Source: Anaeramoeba ignava BMAN (taxonomy: Eukaryota; Protista; Anaeramoebae). From it: a stretch of 64,000 nucleotides of DNA. Positions 62,437-64,000 of this stretch are shown here, piece by piece (within the stretch, counting starts at the first letter, position 1; each line of letters begins with the position of its first letter). The DNA is taken from the NCBI GenBank assembly GCA_028826165.1, contig JAPDFW010000063.1, positions 1,302,001 through 1,366,000 of the forward strand, written 5' to 3'. The notes under the pieces were generated by a model. It was given only the letters and a program-made list of their open reading frames with translations, ran no database searches and was not told the origin of the DNA. Position numbers and translations under genes: made by a program.

Positions 62437-63751
62437 ATGTTTTCTTTTTGTAGAATTTGTAAACGTAATTATAATACAAAAGATAATCATTTCCATTCAA
62501 AATTACATCAAGATAATTTAAATAATCGTTTGAAAACAGAGACCAAAAGGGTTTCTGATGCTATTTATTATCTTCATAATATAAAATATTTAAATTCTCA
62601 AGAAGAAAATTTTAAAAATAAATTTTTTTGTTATTTTTGTGAAGAATATATTTTACAAAATGATGGACCTGTAGCAAAGTAAAAGACTTAATTATTAACT
62701 AATTACGTTTAAATTTTTGTTCCTTGTTTTATAATCTAAATTTTTTATCATTTAGTTTCCAAGTTTTAAAACATTTAGCTAGTCAAAAACATAAGAAAAA
62801 AGTTTCTATTTTTTTGAAGAAAAATTTTGTTAAAAAAAAAAGACAATCTCAATTTATCATTTCATATTCTTCTTTTCAGAAGGTTACTATCAAAAAATAT
62901 TTAAAATTAAAAAAAAAAAAAAAGATTTTTAATTCAATTTGTTTTTTAATATTCCAATTTTCTGAATTAGTTTGTACGAAAAATCAACTTGAAAAATTTT
63001 CCGAAAAATCAAAATCAAAATCAAAATCAAAATCAAAATCAAAATCAAAATCAAAAAGAAAATGAAAATCAAAATCAAAATCAAAATCAAAATCAAAATC
63101 AAAATCAAAATCAAAATCAAAATCAAAATCAAAATCAAAATCAAAATCAAAATCAAAATCAAAATCAAAATCAAAATCAAAATGAAAATCAAAATAAAAA
63201 TCAAAATCAAAATCAAAATCAAATTCAAATTCAAAATCAAATTCAAAATGAAAATCAAAAATCAAAATCAATTAGTGGAAATTGAAAAAATAAAACAAGA
63301 AATTGGAAAAAAAAGAAAAAAACATCCACAAAAACTTAATCCCAATAATCAAAATAATCAAAATAATCAATATAATCAATATAATCAATATAATCCATAT
63401 AATCCATATAATCAAAATAACCAAAATAATCAATATAATCCAAATATTGAATATAATCAATATAATCAATATAATCAATATATTCAAAATAATCAAAATA
63501 ACCAAAATATTGGATATAATCAATATAATCCAAATATTGAATATAATCCAAATATTGGATATAATCCAAATATTAATAATATTAAATATAATCCAAATAT
63601 TAAATATATTCAAAATAACCAATATAATCCAAATATTAAAAATATTCAAAATATTAAAAATATTAATAATATTAAAAATATTAAAAATATTCAAAATATT
63701 AAAAATATTAATTCAAAAAATTTGAAAAAGAATAAAAATCATCTCAAATAA
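62437..63751 (+). CDS. CENATAC: CENATAC/CCDC84 (plant TITANLIKE) homologue; exons 62437-62678, 62756-62883, 62971-63751 with apparent indel near 63260
   Basis: Two spaced C2H2 fingers: FCRICKRN....NHFHSKLHQ and FFCYFCE....VLKHLASQKHKKKV..F..N.......FII...SFQKF, matching the CCDC84 N-terminus. Confidence 0.8.
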
Positions 63752-63783
63752 ATTTTCATTTTTTTCTTTTCATTTTTTTTAAA

Positions 63784-64000
63784 ATGAAATCATTTCTCCT
63801 TTTAACTTTATTTTTCATTTTCATAATAATCACTTTCTCTTCATCAAATTCTTTTGAAGATGAAAGTTATTCAGAAAAATTAATAATACAACCTTTCTCA
63901 AAATCACAAATATTGTTTAATTTTCAATTTAATTTTGAAGTTCATCATTTAAATAAATGTAAAAAAACAAAAGCAAATTATTTTGGAATTCAAAAAAAAA
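63784..64000 (+). CDS. PIGT: Probable GPI transamidase subunit PIG-T/Gpi16, 5' end (runs off the window)
   Basis: Signal peptide MKSFLLLTLFFIFIIITFS then ESYSEKLIIQPFSKSQILFNFQF, resembling the PIG-T N-terminal E.L...PL......F.F motif. Confidence 0.6.
   Translation, partial: MKSFLLLTLFFIFIIITFSSSNSFEDESYSEKLIIQPFSKSQILFNFQFNFEVHHLNKCKKTKANYFGIQKK

Noticed and set aside
1-64000. Alternative genetic code, transposase, reverse transcriptase or intein
   Set aside because: Conserved genes end in ordinary TAA/TGA and read through normally; no mobile-element or intein motifs were recognised.

Overview
Extremely AT-rich, gene-dense eukaryotic (protist) genomic DNA in the standard genetic code, with spliceosomal introns, many inflated by locus-specific short tandem repeats. 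The style (N/Q homorepeats, intronless BTB-BACK-TLDc gene, A-rich intron ends, TCA-type initiator motifs) suggests an Anaeramoeba-like metamonad; this is inference only. About 19 protein genes were reconstructed by hand: FRA10AC1, NudE, FAD synthase, Akr1-type DHYC palmitoyltransferase, two DENND1-like genes, class II eIF4E, Maf1, an RGS-DH-PH-MORN protein, a receiver-like domain protein, BTB-TLDc, Raptor, two copies of a long-tailed histone H3 variant, an ARM-repeat gene, a vWA protein, a U-box-ARM E3, UBE2H, CENATAC and a PIG-T 5' end, plus one tRNA-Glu(TTC). Main highlights: (1) a U12-type AT-AC intron in the Akr1 gene, together with a CENATAC homologue, pointing to a minor spliceosome; (2) duplicated H3 variants with a (G/A)QK-repeat tail, each preceded by a 147-bp tandem repeat and an inverted CCAAT pair; (3) an ARM-repeat gene with one repeat per symmetric phase-1 exon. 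Several single-base frameshifts in homopolymer runs look like assembly errors.
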